Shown: one piece after another, positions 49,842 through 62,043 of the stretch
Layout: each line of letters opens with the position of its first letter
Position numbering within the stretch: position 1 is the first letter of the stretch
From: an uncultured virus (IMG/VR IMGVR_UViG_3300028557_002174)
Lineage: Duplodnaviria; Heunggongvirae; Uroviricota; Caudoviricetes
Strand: one strand, 5' to 3'
IMG/VR virus record: IMGVR_UViG_3300028557_002174
Coordinates: 1-64,000 of that record
Length of the DNA: 64,000 nucleotides
Made by a program: the position numbers and the translations under genes
Notes under the pieces: generated by a model
Told to the model about the DNA's origin: nothing
Database searches by the model: none
Seen by the model: the letters and a program-made list of their open reading frames with translations, nothing else

Positions 49842-52800
49842 ATGCCTAAAAATATTACTATTTATCCCGATGGGGATGGAGCAAGTATAACAGTTCCTTA
49901 TTTTTATTTTGATGGTGGAACTGCATCAATGACTGGTCGTGTGCTTGCAACAGGTGGAGCCACAACGAGTTTTCAATGGATTGTCGGTGCTAACACAATA
50001 TTCAAATTATCTGATACTGAATTCACAGTTAGAAATCTTAATGTTACAGATAATCTATCTGTCAATGGTGTCCAAGTTTTAAATGGTACTAAAGGATGGG
50101 TAGGTCCCACAACAAATATTGTTGGCGCTCAAGGTGCTACGGGTAATACAGGTGCTCAAGGTAATACAGGTAATATTGGTGCTCAGGGTAAGGTGGGCGA
50201 TACGGGTGCTCAAGGAAACGTTGGAGCTCAAGGTGCTCAAGGTAATACAGGACATACAGGTGCTCAAGGAGCTACGGGTAATACAGGTGCTCAAGGTAAC
50301 ATTGGTAATACAGGTGCTCAAGGAGCGGTAGGACCAACGGGTGCACAGGGTAATATAGGTGCTCAAGGTGCAATCGGTAATATTGGACCAACGGGTGCGG
50401 TAGGACCAACGGGTGCACAGGGTAATATAGGGGCTCAAGGAGCTCAAGGACTTACAGGAGCTCAAGGACCACAAGGTGCTCAAGGTAACGTAGGAGCACA
50501 AGGTAACACAGGTGCTCAAGGAGCCATAGGTAACACAGGTGCTCAAGGAGCCATAGGAGCTCAAGGTAAAATTGGTAACCAAGGTGCTCAAGGAGACCAA
50601 GGGGCTCAAGGTAAACAAGGTTCTACGGGCAATACAGGTGCTCAAGGTTCTACGGGTAATGCAGGTGCACAAGGTAATACAGGTGCTCAAGGACCTATTG
50701 GTCCTCCGGGTGCTACGGGTAATACAGGTGCTCAAGGCAATACCGGTGCTCAGGGTAATAAAGGTGCTCAAGGAGCTACGGGTAATACAGGTGCTCAAGG
50801 GGCTCAAGGTAATACGGGACATACAGGTGCTCAAGGAGCTACGGGTAATACCGGTGCTCAAGGAGCTCAAGGTAATATAGGACATACAGGAGCACAAGGA
50901 GCCACGGGTAACACGGGTGCACAAGGTAATATAGGAGCACAAGGTGCAGTAGGACCAACAGGGGCTACAGGACCGACCGGCTCCCAAGGTTCGACAGGTG
51001 CTCAAGGTGCTTTAGGACCACAAGGAAATACGGGACCACAAGGTGCTCAAGGACCACAAGGTGCTCAAGGTAATACCGGTGCTCAAGGAGCCACAGGTAC
51101 CACGGGAGCATTTGGTAATGAAGGTGCTCAAGGTGCGGTAGGACCTCAAGGTAATACAGGACCACAAGGTGCTCAAGGTAATATAGGTGCTCAAGGTAAT
51201 CTTGGACCCACAGGGAACACAGGACCAACAGGTTCTCAAGGTTCAACAGGAGCTCAAGGTCATACAGGTGCACAAGGTAATACAGGACCACAAGGTGCTC
51301 AAGGTAACACCGGTGCTCAAGGTAATCTTGGACCGACAGGAAACACAGGACCTACGGGTTCTCAAGGTAATACAGGAAGCCAAGGGTCAATTGGACCACA
51401 AGGACCTAAAGGTCCACAAGGAGCTCAAGGTTCAACGGGTGCTCAAGGTAATGTTGGACCACAAGGTGCCGTCGGACCACAAGGAGCTCAAGGTTCAACG
51501 GGTGCTCAAGGTAAAGTTGGACCACAAGGTGCCGTCGGACCACAAGGTTCTCAAGGTTCAACGGGTACTCAAGGTGCTATTGGACCACAAGGTGCTATTG
51601 GACCACAAGGAGCTAAAGGACCACAAGGTGCTCAAGGTAATACCGGAGCTCAAGGAGCAACGGGAAACACGGGTGCTCAAGGAGCTCAGGGTGGTACAGG
51701 GTCTATTGGACCTCAAGGAGCCACGGGTCCACAAGGTTCTCAAGGTTCAACGGGTGCTCAAGGACCAATAGGACCACAAGGAGCTACAGGACAAACAGGT
51801 GCATTTGGTAATGAAGGTGCTCAAGGGGCTGTTGGACCACAAGGAGCAACAGGACCTCAAGGTTCAACGGGTGCCCAAGGTAATACAGGTGCGATTGGAC
51901 CACAAGGTTCTACAGGTGCTCAAGGTTCTCAAGGTGGTGCCGGTGCAACAGGAAATACAGGTGCACAAGGTGCTACAGGAAATACGGGTGCTCAAGGTAA
52001 TGTTGGTGCTCAAGGTAATATAGGTCCGACAGGTGCTACAGGACCTGTAGGTTCACAAGGTAACGTAGGTGCTCAAGGACATACCGGTGCACAAGGTGCT
52101 ACGGGTGGTGGAGGTTCCACAGGAGCTCAGGGTGCTACAGGTCATTCAGGAGCACAAGGTGCTACGGGTGGTGGAGGTTCCACAGGAGCTCAGGGTGCTA
52201 CAGGTCACTCAGGTTCGCAAGGTGCAACAGGACCACAAGGTGCTCAAGGTAATACAGGTGCTACGGGTAATATAGGACCTCAAGGTAATACGGGTAATAC
52301 CGGAGCCCAAGGTAATACTGGTGCTACGGGTAATCTTGGACCTCAAGGTTCCACAGGAGCTCAGGGTTCTCAAGGTGGTACAGGTTCTGTAGGTGCGGTT
52401 GGTCCTACAGGTGGTGGAGGTGCCACAGGTTCACAAGGTGCTCAAGGTGGTAAAGGACCGACAGGTAATACAGGTAATCTTGGACCTCAAGGTAGTACAG
52501 GAGCGACAGGTGCTCAAGGAGGTTTTGGACCAACAGGAGGACAAGGTGCACAAGGAGGTACAGGAATTAGTCCTGGTGCTCAAGGTGCAACAGGAGGACA
52601 AGGTGCTCAAGGTCCTGAGGGATTACCATCACAAGGTTCACAAGGTGCTCAAGGTGTTGCAGTTGCTGGTCCTACAGGTGCTCAAGGTACTCAGGGTGGT
52701 GTGGGTGTTCCTGGTGCTCAAGGAGCTCAAGGGGCTCAAGGACAAACAGGAGGTCAAGGTTTTCAAGGGGCTCAAGGTGCAACGGGTATAACAGGTCCTC

Positions 52801-53411
52801 AAGGTGCTCAAGGTGCCCAAGGTGATACAGGTCCACCATCAGGACCTACATGTTATAATTTGGGTATGCATGAGCTTTATATGGATTGTACTTTAACTAA
52901 TCAGGTTGGTTCTTATACTGTTTATTCATCTACAATGAACCCACAATGTTTGTCTAATGATTCTGTATATGATAGGGGTGATTGTAATAGTTGTGACCCC
53001 TTCTTTGGAGGTGCATTTATGTCGTTTGGTGAGGCTCAAGTGAACCCTGAATGTATATTAATGTGTTGTGATGACTCATCAGATTTAAGACTTAAAAACG
53101 AAGTTATAACTTTAGAGGGTTCATTAACAAAATTGATGATGTTACAACCTGTTGAATTTGATTGGACCGAAGATACTCCTGAATACAATTATTATTTAGA
53201 AAATAACAAAACACACTCTTTAGGGTTTGTTGCTCAACAAGTTAGAGAACACATCCCTGAAGTAGTAAAAATGAGAGATAATGGATTTTATTATATCCTT
53301 TATCCCCAACTTAATGCATATTTAGTTGAAGGTATTAAAGAACATCAAAATAACATTGCATCTGTTGATGAAAGATTAACTATGTTAGAGGAATATATTG
53401 AGAATTACTAA
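49842..53411 (+). CDS. Collagen-like tail fibre 1 with C-terminal Cys-rich knot and peptidase S74 intramolecular chaperone domain
   Basis: About 900 aa of near-continuous Gly-X-Y ([12 protein letters not shown]), then SDLRLKNE...LQPVEFDW...GFVAQQV...PEVV...LVEGIKE; TATTTAT at 49815. Confidence 0.85.
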   Translation: MPKNITIYPDGDGASITVPYFYFDGGTASMTGRVLATGGATTSFQWIVGANTIFKLSDTEFTVRNLNVTDNLSVNGVQVLNGTKGWVGPTTNIVGAQGATGNTGAQGNTGNIGAQGKVGDTGAQGNVGAQGAQGNTGHTGAQGATGNTGAQGNIGNTGAQGAVGPTGAQGNIGAQGAIGNIGPTGAVGPTGAQGNIGAQGAQGLTGAQGPQGAQGNVGAQGNTGAQGAIGNTGAQGAIGAQGKIGNQGAQGDQGAQGKQGSTGNTGAQGSTGNAGAQGNTGAQGPIGPPGATGNTGAQGNTGAQGNKGAQGATGNTGAQGAQGNTGHTGAQGATGNTGAQGAQGNIGHTGAQGATGNTGAQGNIGAQGAVGPTGATGPTGSQGSTGAQGALGPQGNTGPQGAQGPQGAQGNTGAQGATGTTGAFGNEGAQGAVGPQGNTGPQGAQGNIGAQGNLGPTGNTGPTGSQGSTGAQGHTGAQGNTGPQGAQGNTGAQGNLGPTGNTGPTGSQGNTGSQGSIGPQGPKGPQGAQGSTGAQGNVGPQGAVGPQGAQGSTGAQGKVGPQGAVGPQGSQGSTGTQGAIGPQGAIGPQGAKGPQGAQGNTGAQGATGNTGAQGAQGGTGSIGPQGATGPQGSQGSTGAQGPIGPQGATGQTGAFGNEGAQGAVGPQGATGPQGSTGAQGNTGAIGPQGSTGAQGSQGGAGATGNTGAQGATGNTGAQGNVGAQGNIGPTGATGPVGSQGNVGAQGHTGAQGATGGGGSTGAQGATGHSGAQGATGGGGSTGAQGATGHSGSQGATGPQGAQGNTGATGNIGPQGNTGNTGAQGNTGATGNLGPQGSTGAQGSQGGTGSVGAVGPTGGGGATGSQGAQGGKGPTGNTGNLGPQGSTGATGAQGGFGPTGGQGAQGGTGISPGAQGATGGQGAQGPEGLPSQGSQGAQGVAVAGPTGAQGTQGGVGVPGAQGAQGAQGQTGGQGFQGAQGATGITGPQGAQGAQGDTGPPSGPTCYNLGMHELYMDCTLTNQVGSYTVYSSTMNPQCLSNDSVYDRGDCNSCDPFFGGAFMSFGEAQVNPECILMCCDDSSDLRLKNEVITLEGSLTKLMMLQPVEFDWTEDTPEYNYYLENNKTHSLGFVAQQVREHIPEVVKMRDNGFYYILYPQLNAYLVEGIKEHQNNIASVDERLTMLEEYIENY

Positions 53412-56400
53412 TGGCTAATGATATTATAATATACCCTTCAGGTAACACCTTTTCAGGTGGAGTACCTTTTATTATTTATGAGGATGCCACTGGTAATCAG
53501 TTGGTTCAAAAAGTTAATGCTAATGGTGATTTAACATTCTCATCATCCACGGATTCTTCTGTAGGTAGTATTGGTACTCAAGCAGTCACTTCTAATGGTT
53601 TTTCTGTTAATGACATAAGTAATGGTGAAGGTATTTATGCGTGGGATGGTAGTTCATCGTATGTTCAGATTATTAACTATCTTGGAGAATGGATAGGTTC
53701 ACAAGCCAATATTAAAGGAGCTCAAGGAGCTCAAGGTACTCAAGGACCAACGGGTGCTCAAGGGGCTCAAGGAGGTCAAGGTCCTCAAGGGGCTCAAGGT
53801 ACACAAGGTGGACAGGGAGCCCAAGGTACGCAAGGTGGACAGGGTGCCCAAGGGGCTAACACAGGGGCTCAAGGAGTTCAGGGTACACAAGGTGCTCAGG
53901 GTGCTCAGGGTGCGAACACAGGAGCTCAAGGTAATACAGGAGCTCAAGGTGCTCAAGGTGCTCAAGGAACTCAAGGTGCTCAAAGTTCAGTCCAAGGTGC
54001 CCAAGGAAAAACGGGTGCACAAGGTGCTCAAGGAACTCAAGGTGCTAATAGTACCACTCAAGGAGCTCAAGGTAATACAGGTGCTCAAGGTACTCAAGGA
54101 GCTCAAGGAGCTCAAGGTGCTAGCACGGGTGCTCAAGGTAACACAGGTGCTCAAGGAGCACAAGGTAGTCAGGGAACTGCAAGTAATGTAATCGGACCAA
54201 CAGGTGCACAAGGTTCTCAAGGACCGATAGGTGCTCAAGGTGCTCAAGGTGCAAACACAGGAGCTCAAGGTGCCCAAGGTGCTCAAGGAGCACAAGGTAC
54301 TCAGGGTGGTACGGATGATACTCCTGGTGCTCAAGGTGGACAAGGAGCTCAAGGTGGACAAGGGGCTCAAGGAGCACAAGGTGCTAGTACGGGTGCTCAA
54401 GGTGGACAAGGAGCTCAAGGACCTAAAGGTGCTCAAGGTGCTCAGGGTGCTAACACAGGTGCACAAGGTGCTCAAGGTGCTCAGGGACCAACAGGTTCTC
54501 AAGGAGCACAAGGTGCTAACACAGGTGCACAAGGTGCTCAGGGTGCCCAAGGTACTCAAGGTTCTGTGGGTGCTCAAAGTTCGGTTCAAGGTGACCAAGG
54601 AGCTACAGGCAAACAAGGTGCTCAAGGTGCTCAAGGTGCTCAAGGTGGTGTTACAGGTGCTCAAGGTAGTACGGGTGCACAAGGAGCTCAAGGATTTCAA
54701 GGAGCTCAAGGTGCTAATACAGGTGCTCAAGGAGCCGTCGGAAAACAAGGTGCTCAAGGAGCTCAAGGTGCTCAAGGTGGTGTTACGGGAGCTCAAGGAA
54801 AAACAGGTGCTCAAGGTGCTCAAGGAGCTCAAGGTGCTCAAAGTTCTGTTCAGGGTGCTCAAGGAGCTACGGGTAATACAGGTGCTCAAGGTGCTCAAGG
54901 AGCTCAAGGTGCTTCTCAAGGTGCCCAAGGTAATACAGGAGCTCAAGGAGCTCAAGGTGCTCAAGGTGCTCAAAGTTCTGTACAGGGTGCACAAGGTGCT
55001 ACAGGTAATACCGGTGCCCAAGGTAATATAGGTGCTCAAGGAGGAACCGCAGGAGCTACGGGAGTTACAGGTGCTCAAGGAGGACAAGGTGCTCAAGGGG
55101 CTCAAGGTGGAGTCACAGGTGCTCAAGGTGCAACAGGTAATACAGGTGCTCAAGGGGCTCAAGGAGCTCAAGGTGGAACCACGGGAGCACAAGGTGCGAC
55201 GGGTAATACAGGTGCTCAAGGTAGTACAGGTGCTCAAGGTGGAACTACGGGAGCTCAAGGAGCGACAGGTGCTCAAGGTGGTCAAGGGGCACAAGGTGCT
55301 CAAGGTGCTAATACGGGAGCCCAAGGGGCTCAAGGAGCTCAAGGTACTCAAGGTAGCACAGGTGCTCAAGGTGGTAATACAGGTGCTCAAGGAGCGACAG
55401 GTAATACAGGGGCTCAAGGTACTCAGGGTCCTCAAGGAGCAATTACAGGTGCTCAAGGTGCTGTTGGTAAACAAGGTGCTCAAGGAGCACAAGGTGCTCA
55501 AGGTGGAGTTACGGGTGCTCAAGGAAAAACAGGTGCTCAGGGTTCACAAGGAAATACTGGTGCTCAAAGTAGTGTCACGGGTGCTCAGGGTTCACAAGGT
55601 GGTGGTGGTTCAACAGGTGCTCAAGGTGCCCAAGGAGCTAATACAGGGGCTCAGGGTGGACAAGGGGCTCAGGGTGGACAAGGAGCTCAAGGTGCTCAAA
55701 GTTCGGTCCAAGGTGACCAAGGAGCTACGGGTAAACAAGGTGCTCAAGGAGCCCAAGGTGCTCAAGGAGCTAGTACCGGTGCTCAAGGTAATACAGGTGC
55801 CCAAGGTGCACAAGGTTCACAAGGAGCTCAAGGTGCTAGTACCGGTGCACAAGGTAACACAGGTGCCCAAGGGGCTCAGGGTTCACAAGGGGCTCAAGGT
55901 GCTAGTACAGGTGCACAAGGAGGTCAAGGTTCCCAAGGAGGACAAGGTGCTCAAGGAGCTCAAAGTTCTGTACAAGGTGCACAAGGAGGTCAAGGTTCTC
56001 AAGGAGGTCAAGGAGCTCAAGGTGCTCAAAGTAGTGTCACCGGTGCTCAAGGTTCACAAGGTGGTGGAGGTTCAACAGGAGCTCAAGGTGCTCAAGGTTC
56101 TACTCAAGGTGCAACAGGTGCTCAAGGTAATACAGGAGCTCAGGGAGCTAATAGCACAACTCAAGGAGCCCAAGGTGCTCAAAGTTCGGTACAAGGGGCT
56201 CAAGGAGCCCAAGGAACTCAAGGTGCTGCGTCATCCACACAAGGTGCTCAAGGAGCCGCGGGAAATACAGGAGTTGCAGGAAACCAAGGGGCTCAAGGAA
56301 CTACAGGTGTTCTTGGTGCCACAGGTCCTCCAACACCAGGTGCTCAAGGTGCTCAAGGTCCAAAAGGGCCGGCAGGTGCACAAGGTTCTCAAGGTGCCAC

Positions 56401-56884
56401 TGGTACAAAAGGACCGAGTGGTAACGGAGCTCAAGGAGCCGAGGGTTCTCAAGGCCAAAGAGGACCGCAAGGAGGTACAGGTGCTCAAGGTGGTAAAGGA
56501 CCACAGGGTACTCAAGGTGCTAAAGGTGCTCAAGGACCACCATCAGATGCCAGATATAAAACAAACATTAAACCTCTTACAGACGTTAGACAAAACATTG
56601 TTAGCATGAGAGGTGTTAAATTTGATTGGGTTGAGGACATTCCTCAATTGTCAGATTATTTACCAGAACACAAATACCTAATTACAGGTGTAAACCTTGG
56701 ATTTATTGCTCAAGAAATTGAAGAAAAATATCCAGATTTAGTTTGGACAGATAAATATGGTTATAAGAATTTACAATATGAGCTATTGGTTTCGGTTGGC
56801 ATATCGGCATTAATTGAAAACCAAAAAAGAGTTGAAGTATTGAATAATTTTCTTAAAGATTTAAGTATAAAAATAGGTGGCTAA
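53411..56884 (+). CDS. Collagen-like tail fibre 2 (regularly interrupted Gly-X-Y) with S74 chaperone domain
   Basis: GAQ tracts broken by GANT/GGVT/SSVQ units; SDARYKTNI...GVKFDW...[10 protein letters not shown]. Confidence 0.85.
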   Translation: MANDIIIYPSGNTFSGGVPFIIYEDATGNQLVQKVNANGDLTFSSSTDSSVGSIGTQAVTSNGFSVNDISNGEGIYAWDGSSSYVQIINYLGEWIGSQANIKGAQGAQGTQGPTGAQGAQGGQGPQGAQGTQGGQGAQGTQGGQGAQGANTGAQGVQGTQGAQGAQGANTGAQGNTGAQGAQGAQGTQGAQSSVQGAQGKTGAQGAQGTQGANSTTQGAQGNTGAQGTQGAQGAQGASTGAQGNTGAQGAQGSQGTASNVIGPTGAQGSQGPIGAQGAQGANTGAQGAQGAQGAQGTQGGTDDTPGAQGGQGAQGGQGAQGAQGASTGAQGGQGAQGPKGAQGAQGANTGAQGAQGAQGPTGSQGAQGANTGAQGAQGAQGTQGSVGAQSSVQGDQGATGKQGAQGAQGAQGGVTGAQGSTGAQGAQGFQGAQGANTGAQGAVGKQGAQGAQGAQGGVTGAQGKTGAQGAQGAQGAQSSVQGAQGATGNTGAQGAQGAQGASQGAQGNTGAQGAQGAQGAQSSVQGAQGATGNTGAQGNIGAQGGTAGATGVTGAQGGQGAQGAQGGVTGAQGATGNTGAQGAQGAQGGTTGAQGATGNTGAQGSTGAQGGTTGAQGATGAQGGQGAQGAQGANTGAQGAQGAQGTQGSTGAQGGNTGAQGATGNTGAQGTQGPQGAITGAQGAVGKQGAQGAQGAQGGVTGAQGKTGAQGSQGNTGAQSSVTGAQGSQGGGGSTGAQGAQGANTGAQGGQGAQGGQGAQGAQSSVQGDQGATGKQGAQGAQGAQGASTGAQGNTGAQGAQGSQGAQGASTGAQGNTGAQGAQGSQGAQGASTGAQGGQGSQGGQGAQGAQSSVQGAQGGQGSQGGQGAQGAQSSVTGAQGSQGGGGSTGAQGAQGSTQGATGAQGNTGAQGANSTTQGAQGAQSSVQGAQGAQGTQGAASSTQGAQGAAGNTGVAGNQGAQGTTGVLGATGPPTPGAQGAQGPKGPAGAQGSQGATGTKGPSGNGAQGAEGSQGQRGPQGGTGAQGGKGPQGTQGAKGAQGPPSDARYKTNIKPLTDVRQNIVSMRGVKFDWVEDIPQLSDYLPEHKYLITGVNLGFIAQEIEEKYPDLVWTDKYGYKNLQYELLVSVGISALIENQKRVEVLNNFLKDLSIKIGG

Positions 56885-59800
56885 GGATATCGTTATATTA
56901 CCAGGTAGTGCAACTGTTGAGTTGTATGATACAAATAATACTAAGGCAACTTGGGTTTACTCCAGTGCTGTACTTGATTGGAAAGTTAGTACTACTGTTT
57001 ATTTTAAAGTTATTAATACCTCACCTAAATTTAGGTTATTTTTTAACAATCTTTATGTTTTTAGTACTATTGCAACAACTGCAGGTACTGTAGTTAATAA
57101 TGCTCTTTGGGCTGGCACAACAAATACCGGACCAACAGGTGCTCAGGGTGCTGCGGGTGCTCAGGGAACTCAAGGAGGTCAAGGAAAACAAGGTGATTTT
57201 GGGTCTACAGGTCCACAAGGTTCGGTTGGTTCACAAGGTGCAACAGGTAATGTTGGTTCTCAAGGAGGACAAGGTGCCCAAGGTGGAAAAGGACCTCAAG
57301 GTTCACAAGGTACTCAGGGAGGGCAGGGTTCTCAAGGGACTCAAGGTTCACAAGGTGCTGTTGGTGGTGTAGGTTCACAAGGTGCTCAGGGAGGACAGGG
57401 TTCTCAAGGAGGACAAGGAGCTCAAGGTACTCAGGGAGGACAGGGTTCTCAAGGAGGACAAGGAGCTCAGGGTGTTCAAGGTTCTCAGGGTAATACAGGT
57501 TCACAAGGTTCTCAAGGAGGACAAGGTTCTCAAGGAGGACAAGGTTCTCAGGGTAATACAGGTGCTCAAGGTGCGGTAGGCGCTGATGGTGTTCAAGGTT
57601 CACAGGGTGCTGTTGGACCTGTAGGTTCTCAAGGTACTCAAGGAGGTCAAGGTTTTCAAGGAGGACAAGGAAGTCAAGGTAATGTAGGTCCTCAAGGTGC
57701 TAAAGGTGCTCAGGGTGTTCAAGGTCCTATTGGTGCTCAAGGTAATACAGGTTCACAAGGTTCTCAAGGAGGACAAGGTTCGCAAGGTGCCGTTGGTTCA
57801 CAAGGAGCGACAGGTAATCAAGGTGCTCAAGGGGGACAAGGTTCTCAAGGTGCCGTTGGTTCACAAGGAGCAACAGGTAATCAAGGTGCTCAAGGGGGGC
57901 AAGGTTCGCAAGGTGCCGTTGGTTCGCAAGGTGCCGTTGGTGCTCAAGGTTCTCAGGGAGGAAAAGGTGCTCAAGGTTCGCAAGGAGTACAAGGTTCCCA
58001 AGGAGCGGTTGGAGCTCAAGGAGGACAGGGTACTCAAGGAGGACAAGGTTCACAAGGTAGTCCCGGTTCAGTTGGGGCTCAAGGAGGTCAAGGTGCTCAA
58101 GGTTCACAAGGAGGTCAAGGTTCCCAAGGAGCAGTTGGGGCTCAAGGAGGACAGGGAGCTCAAGGAGGACAGGGTACTCAAGGTAATACAGGTTCACAAG
58201 GAGCTCAAGGTGGTCAAGGTGTTCAGGGAACTCAGGGAGGACAAGGTGCTCAAGGAGCAACAGGTTCTCAAGGAGGACAAGGTGCACAAGGAACTCAAGG
58301 TACTCAAGGTAATACAGGTTCACAAGGAGCTCAAGGGGGTCAAGGAGTTCAAGGTTCACAAGGAGGACAGGGTGCTCAGGGTGCTCAAGGGGCTCAAGGA
58401 GGTCAAGGAGTACAGGGAGCTCAAGGTTCCCAAGGTAACACAGGTTCACAAGGTTCACAAGGAGGACAAGGTGCTCAGGGTACCCAAGGAGGACAAGGTG
58501 CTCAAGGAGCTACAGGTTCACAAGGAGGGCAAGGCGCTCAGGGTACTCAAGGAGGACAAGGTGCTCAGGGAGGACAAGGTGCTCAGGGAGGACAAGGTAC
58601 TCAAGGAGGACAAGGTTCGCAAGGAGCGGTTGGTTCACAAGGCTCACAAGGAGGACAAGGTTCTCAAGGAGCTGTCGGTTCGCAAGGAGCTACTGGTAAT
58701 CAAGGGGCTCAAGGAGGACAAGGTTTCCAAGGTGCTCAGGGTGGTCAGGGTGCTCAAGGTTCGTTAGGTGCTGTTGGTAGCCAGGGTGCTCAAGGTTCAC
58801 AAGGTACTCAAGGAGGACAAGGTGCTCAGGGTTCTCAAGGAGGTCAAGGAGCTCAAGGAGGACAAGGTTCACAAGGTGGTGCGGGGGCACAAGGTTCACA
58901 AGGAGGACAAGGTTCTCAGGGTGGTGGTGGTTCCACAGGTGCTCAAGGTTCACAAGGTTCACAAGGAGGACAAGGTTCGCAAGGTGGTACTGGTGGTGGA
59001 GGTGCCACAGGTTCACAAGGTTCTCAAGGTGGTAAAGGAGCTCAAGGTTCTCAAGGAGGTCAAGGAGCTCAAGGTTCTCAAGGGTCTACAGGAGGTCAGG
59101 GTTCACAAGGAGGACAAGGTTCACAAGGAGGTAAAGGTGCCACAGGTCCGACAGGAGGACAAGGTTCTCAGGGAGGACAAGGTTCTCAAGGAGGTAAAGG
59201 TGCCACAGGTCCGACAGGAGGTCAAGGTGCACAAGGTGGTACTGGTGGTGGAGGTGCCACAGGTTCACAAGGTTCTCAAGGAGGACAAGGTTCACAAGGT
59301 GGCGGTGGAGGTAAAGGTGCCACAGGTTCGCAAGGTTCTCAGGGAGGACAAGGTTCTCAGGGTGGTGGTGGTTCCACAGGTGCTCAAGGTTCACAAGGTT
59401 CACAAGGAGGACAAGGTTCGCAAGGTGGTACTGGTGGTGGAGGTGCCACAGGTTCACAAGGAGGACAAGGTGCTCAGGGTACACAAGGGGGACAAGGTTC
59501 TCAGGGTGGAGGTGGCTCAACAGGTGCTGCGGGTGGCCAAGGTTCACAAGGACCACAAGGTGCTCAAGGACCACAAGGAGGACAAGGAGCTCAAGGTGCT
59601 GTTGGTTCGCAAGGTGCTCAAGGTTTCCCTTCTGAAGGAGCTGGTGCTCAAGGAGCTCAAGGTGCTCCAAATCCGACTACAGGTTCACAAGGTGCTCAAG
59701 GTTCTCAAGGACCTGGTGCTGGAGGCGCTCAAGGTGCTACAGGGGCTCAAGGAAAGGCGGGCAGTGGTTTTGGCGCTCAAGGTGCTACAGGGGCTACAGG

Positions 59801-60173
59801 TTCTGCAGGACCACAAGGTGCTCAAGGTGCTACAGGACCTAAAGGACCATCTGATATTAGATTAAAGACAAATATCGAACCTATTGAATCTGCACTTGAA
59901 AGTTTAATTAAAATTCGTGGTGTTGAATTCTATTATAATTGGGATGATAAAGAAAAACTTGGACACAAAAACATTGGTTTCATTGCTCAAGAAGTTTTAC
60001 CATATTTCCCTGAACTTGTATTCGGTAGTGAAGAGACCAACTACACCATGAAGTACAAAGAGATGATTGCCGTGTGTATTGAGGCTTTGAAAGAGCAAGA
60101 AGTCATTATCAATTCAATTGAAGACAGAGCTCAAAAACTTGTAGTAAAGGCGAAAGAAAAAAGATTACTTTAA
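56877..60173 (+). CDS. Collagen-like tail fibre 3 (GSQ/GGQ-rich) with S74 chaperone domain
   Basis: GTG start overlapping the previous stop; SDIRLKTNI...GVEFYY...GFIAQEV..FPELV. Confidence 0.85.
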   Translation: MAKDIVILPGSATVELYDTNNTKATWVYSSAVLDWKVSTTVYFKVINTSPKFRLFFNNLYVFSTIATTAGTVVNNALWAGTTNTGPTGAQGAAGAQGTQGGQGKQGDFGSTGPQGSVGSQGATGNVGSQGGQGAQGGKGPQGSQGTQGGQGSQGTQGSQGAVGGVGSQGAQGGQGSQGGQGAQGTQGGQGSQGGQGAQGVQGSQGNTGSQGSQGGQGSQGGQGSQGNTGAQGAVGADGVQGSQGAVGPVGSQGTQGGQGFQGGQGSQGNVGPQGAKGAQGVQGPIGAQGNTGSQGSQGGQGSQGAVGSQGATGNQGAQGGQGSQGAVGSQGATGNQGAQGGQGSQGAVGSQGAVGAQGSQGGKGAQGSQGVQGSQGAVGAQGGQGTQGGQGSQGSPGSVGAQGGQGAQGSQGGQGSQGAVGAQGGQGAQGGQGTQGNTGSQGAQGGQGVQGTQGGQGAQGATGSQGGQGAQGTQGTQGNTGSQGAQGGQGVQGSQGGQGAQGAQGAQGGQGVQGAQGSQGNTGSQGSQGGQGAQGTQGGQGAQGATGSQGGQGAQGTQGGQGAQGGQGAQGGQGTQGGQGSQGAVGSQGSQGGQGSQGAVGSQGATGNQGAQGGQGFQGAQGGQGAQGSLGAVGSQGAQGSQGTQGGQGAQGSQGGQGAQGGQGSQGGAGAQGSQGGQGSQGGGGSTGAQGSQGSQGGQGSQGGTGGGGATGSQGSQGGKGAQGSQGGQGAQGSQGSTGGQGSQGGQGSQGGKGATGPTGGQGSQGGQGSQGGKGATGPTGGQGAQGGTGGGGATGSQGSQGGQGSQGGGGGKGATGSQGSQGGQGSQGGGGSTGAQGSQGSQGGQGSQGGTGGGGATGSQGGQGAQGTQGGQGSQGGGGSTGAAGGQGSQGPQGAQGPQGGQGAQGAVGSQGAQGFPSEGAGAQGAQGAPNPTTGSQGAQGSQGPGAGGAQGATGAQGKAGSGFGAQGATGATGSAGPQGAQGATGPKGPSDIRLKTNIEPIESALESLIKIRGVEFYYNWDDKEKLGHKNIGFIAQEVLPYFPELVFGSEETNYTMKYKEMIAVCIEALKEQEVIINSIEDRAQKLVVKAKEKRLL
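58902..59461 (+). repeat. Dispersed 119-bp exact direct repeat within collagen fibre 3
   Basis: 58902-59020 matches 59343-59461 ([39 protein letters not shown]). Confidence 0.75.
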
Positions 60174-61159
60174 GAAATGTAATCGTTGTAAAGAGAATTG
60201 ATATTTTGTTTGGTTTCAGTCCAATCTGCATATTCAGGTACTCTAACTCTTAAACACTCATGTGTATCATCAATTATATTAATAATATTACCCCAATACT
60301 CCAAGGTTCTATCTTTATATCTAAGATTATCTTCAAGATAATCTTTTACAATTGACTCTAAATCTATAAAAGGTATTTGAAATTTTTGGGTAAATTTATT
60401 TTTATCATAAGGGGAAGGTGTTTGAGTCCATTCACCATTACCTTCAAATATAGAATCAAGTTCACTCCAAATAGATTCGTAGAGTTCATCTTCATATGCC
60501 ACATTATAGGCACTCCAGTATAAACTCACCAACTCACTTTCTAAATCATCGGGTAAGATTTCTTTAATAGATTTTTTATCATTGATTATTCTACTTAATG
60601 TTTCAGTGTCTAAAGATACATACTCATCATGACCTTGAGACGATGCAATTTCTTTTAGTAAATCTGTTGATGGTAAGATTTCTTCATCTTTCAATTCCTC
60701 TAATAATCTTTCAATTAAAGTTTGTTTGTTTTGGTCGTTTAAATCATCAATTACGTTGTCATAGACATCTATTCCTGAATCCCAATAATCAGAACTATCA
60801 TATTCACCTGACAATATAGATTCTATTGTGTTACGACCAATATCTCTATCATCACAATAAAGTTTGGATAAATCCCCTCTATCAGATGTTATAAAATACC
60901 ATTTACCATCAATGTATGTTACATCGGATAATTTATCTTCAATAAGTTTACGGAAAATTTCTGGTTTGTTATTAGAAACCCACAGAATGTAATCGTTTTC
61001 ATAATCGTTATGATTATAATCATCGGCAATTATCTCTTCAAATTTACCTTTTTTATTAACATAATTAAAAAATGTGTTGACATCCCCATTAAATGCGGTT
61101 TCTAAAAGGTCATAATCACCTTCATTAAAATCTTGAATTACTAAGTCAATAAACGCCAT
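60170..61159 (-). CDS. Highly acidic hypothetical protein
   Basis: 329-aa Asp/Glu-rich ORF; minus-strand TATTTAT at 61166-61172. Confidence 0.7.
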   Translation of the reverse strand: MAFIDLVIQDFNEGDYDLLETAFNGDVNTFFNYVNKKGKFEEIIADDYNHNDYENDYILWVSNNKPEIFRKLIEDKLSDVTYIDGKWYFITSDRGDLSKLYCDDRDIGRNTIESILSGEYDSSDYWDSGIDVYDNVIDDLNDQNKQTLIERLLEELKDEEILPSTDLLKEIASSQGHDEYVSLDTETLSRIINDKKSIKEILPDDLESELVSLYWSAYNVAYEDELYESIWSELDSIFEGNGEWTQTPSPYDKNKFTQKFQIPFIDLESIVKDYLEDNLRYKDRTLEYWGNIINIIDDTHECLRVRVPEYADWTETKQNINSLYNDYIS

Positions 61160-61173
61160 ATTTTCATAAATAT

Positions 61174-61200
61174 AAAAAAAGGGTAGATTTCTCTACCCTT
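61174..61200 (-). terminator. Intrinsic terminator (minus strand)
   Basis: aagggtaga-tttc-tctaccctt hairpin with an A7 tract on its left (U-tract on the minus strand). Confidence 0.8.
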
Positions 61201-61224
61201 CACTAAAAAACATCTCAGATTAGT

Positions 61225-61371
61225 TTATTTCTTTACGTAATACTTTTCTACTGTTCTTTTAATGGCATCTTTGATGTTTTCATTAACAGGTTGAGCCTGG
61301 GGTTTAACCACTGGCGCTTGAATCTGATTTGTGTTAGTGTTGTTTTTGTTTTTACAGCCGCATCCACCCAT
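61225..61371 (-). CDS. Small 48-aa protein with N-terminal GCGCK, absent from the ORF track
   Basis: Hand translation MGGCGCKNKNNTNTNQIQAPVVKPQAQPVNENIKDAIKRTVEKYYVKK; followed by the terminator. Confidence 0.6.
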   Translation of the reverse strand: MGGCGCKNKNNTNTNQIQAPVVKPQAQPVNENIKDAIKRTVEKYYVKK

Positions 61372-61389
61372 AATTTGTTAGTTTTAAAT

Positions 61390-61977
61390 TTAGTTTATTA
61401 TTTTGAATTTATGTTTATAACAAGTTTTTCTTATGGAACCGTTGTAACCATTATTAACTTTTTTCTCTCTTAATGAGTTTGAGATTTTCATTCTAACATT
61501 TCTTGGACTACCATTGGTAAATCCATTCATTATTAAATAGTTTGCGCCATCAACTAATGATTCAAAAATAAATGACTCGTTAGTTTCAATATTTGTTAAT
61601 GAATATTTATCAAAATTTCCGTTTTTTTCTAAATTATATTTTGATAATTTAATTTTAACTTCATCATTGTAGGTATTTCGTCTAAACTCATTTACGATAG
61701 CTAAATTGTAACCAAAACGACTATCGTTTGAATTATAATAATTAATATAATAATTTTCTTTATCAATCAATTTAAAAGACTCACAATACTCAATAACTTC
61801 AAATTTAAAACTATCTTTACCGTGTTTAGTATATGACTTTTGAATGTAAGAATTATCATGTAAACCTTTATCCAACATCCAAAAATGTTTGTACTCCCTT
61901 TTAGATAAATTCAAACTACTACCAATATAAACTTTATTGGTTACTACATTAGTTATTTTATAGATACCACAATTCAC
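61390..61977 (-). CDS. GIY-YIG homing endonuclease
   Basis: CGIYKITNVVTNKVYIGSS..L..R...H, E..YI, GYN; GTG start. Confidence 0.88.
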   Translation of the reverse strand: MNCGIYKITNVVTNKVYIGSSLNLSKREYKHFWMLDKGLHDNSYIQKSYTKHGKDSFKFEVIEYCESFKLIDKENYYINYYNSNDSRFGYNLAIVNEFRRNTYNDEVKIKLSKYNLEKNGNFDKYSLTNIETNESFIFESLVDGANYLIMNGFTNGSPRNVRMKISNSLREKKVNNGYNGSIRKTCYKHKFKIIN

Positions 61978-62043
61978 GAGTTTATCTAAATTAAAGGTTT
62001 ATTGACTATAAATATAGACATCTCCGAATATTTATCAATTGTA

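Noticed and set aside
50079..59865. Long alternative-frame and antisense ORFs (up to 525 aa; VLK-, LST- and LEHL-rich) over the collagen genes
   Set aside because: They are shadows of the ggtgctcaa-type repeat, which lacks stops in other frames. They have no independent starts or domains.
49842..60173. CRISPR-like or non-coding repeat array
   Set aside because: The repeats are in-frame 9-bp coding units without constant repeat and unique spacer structure.
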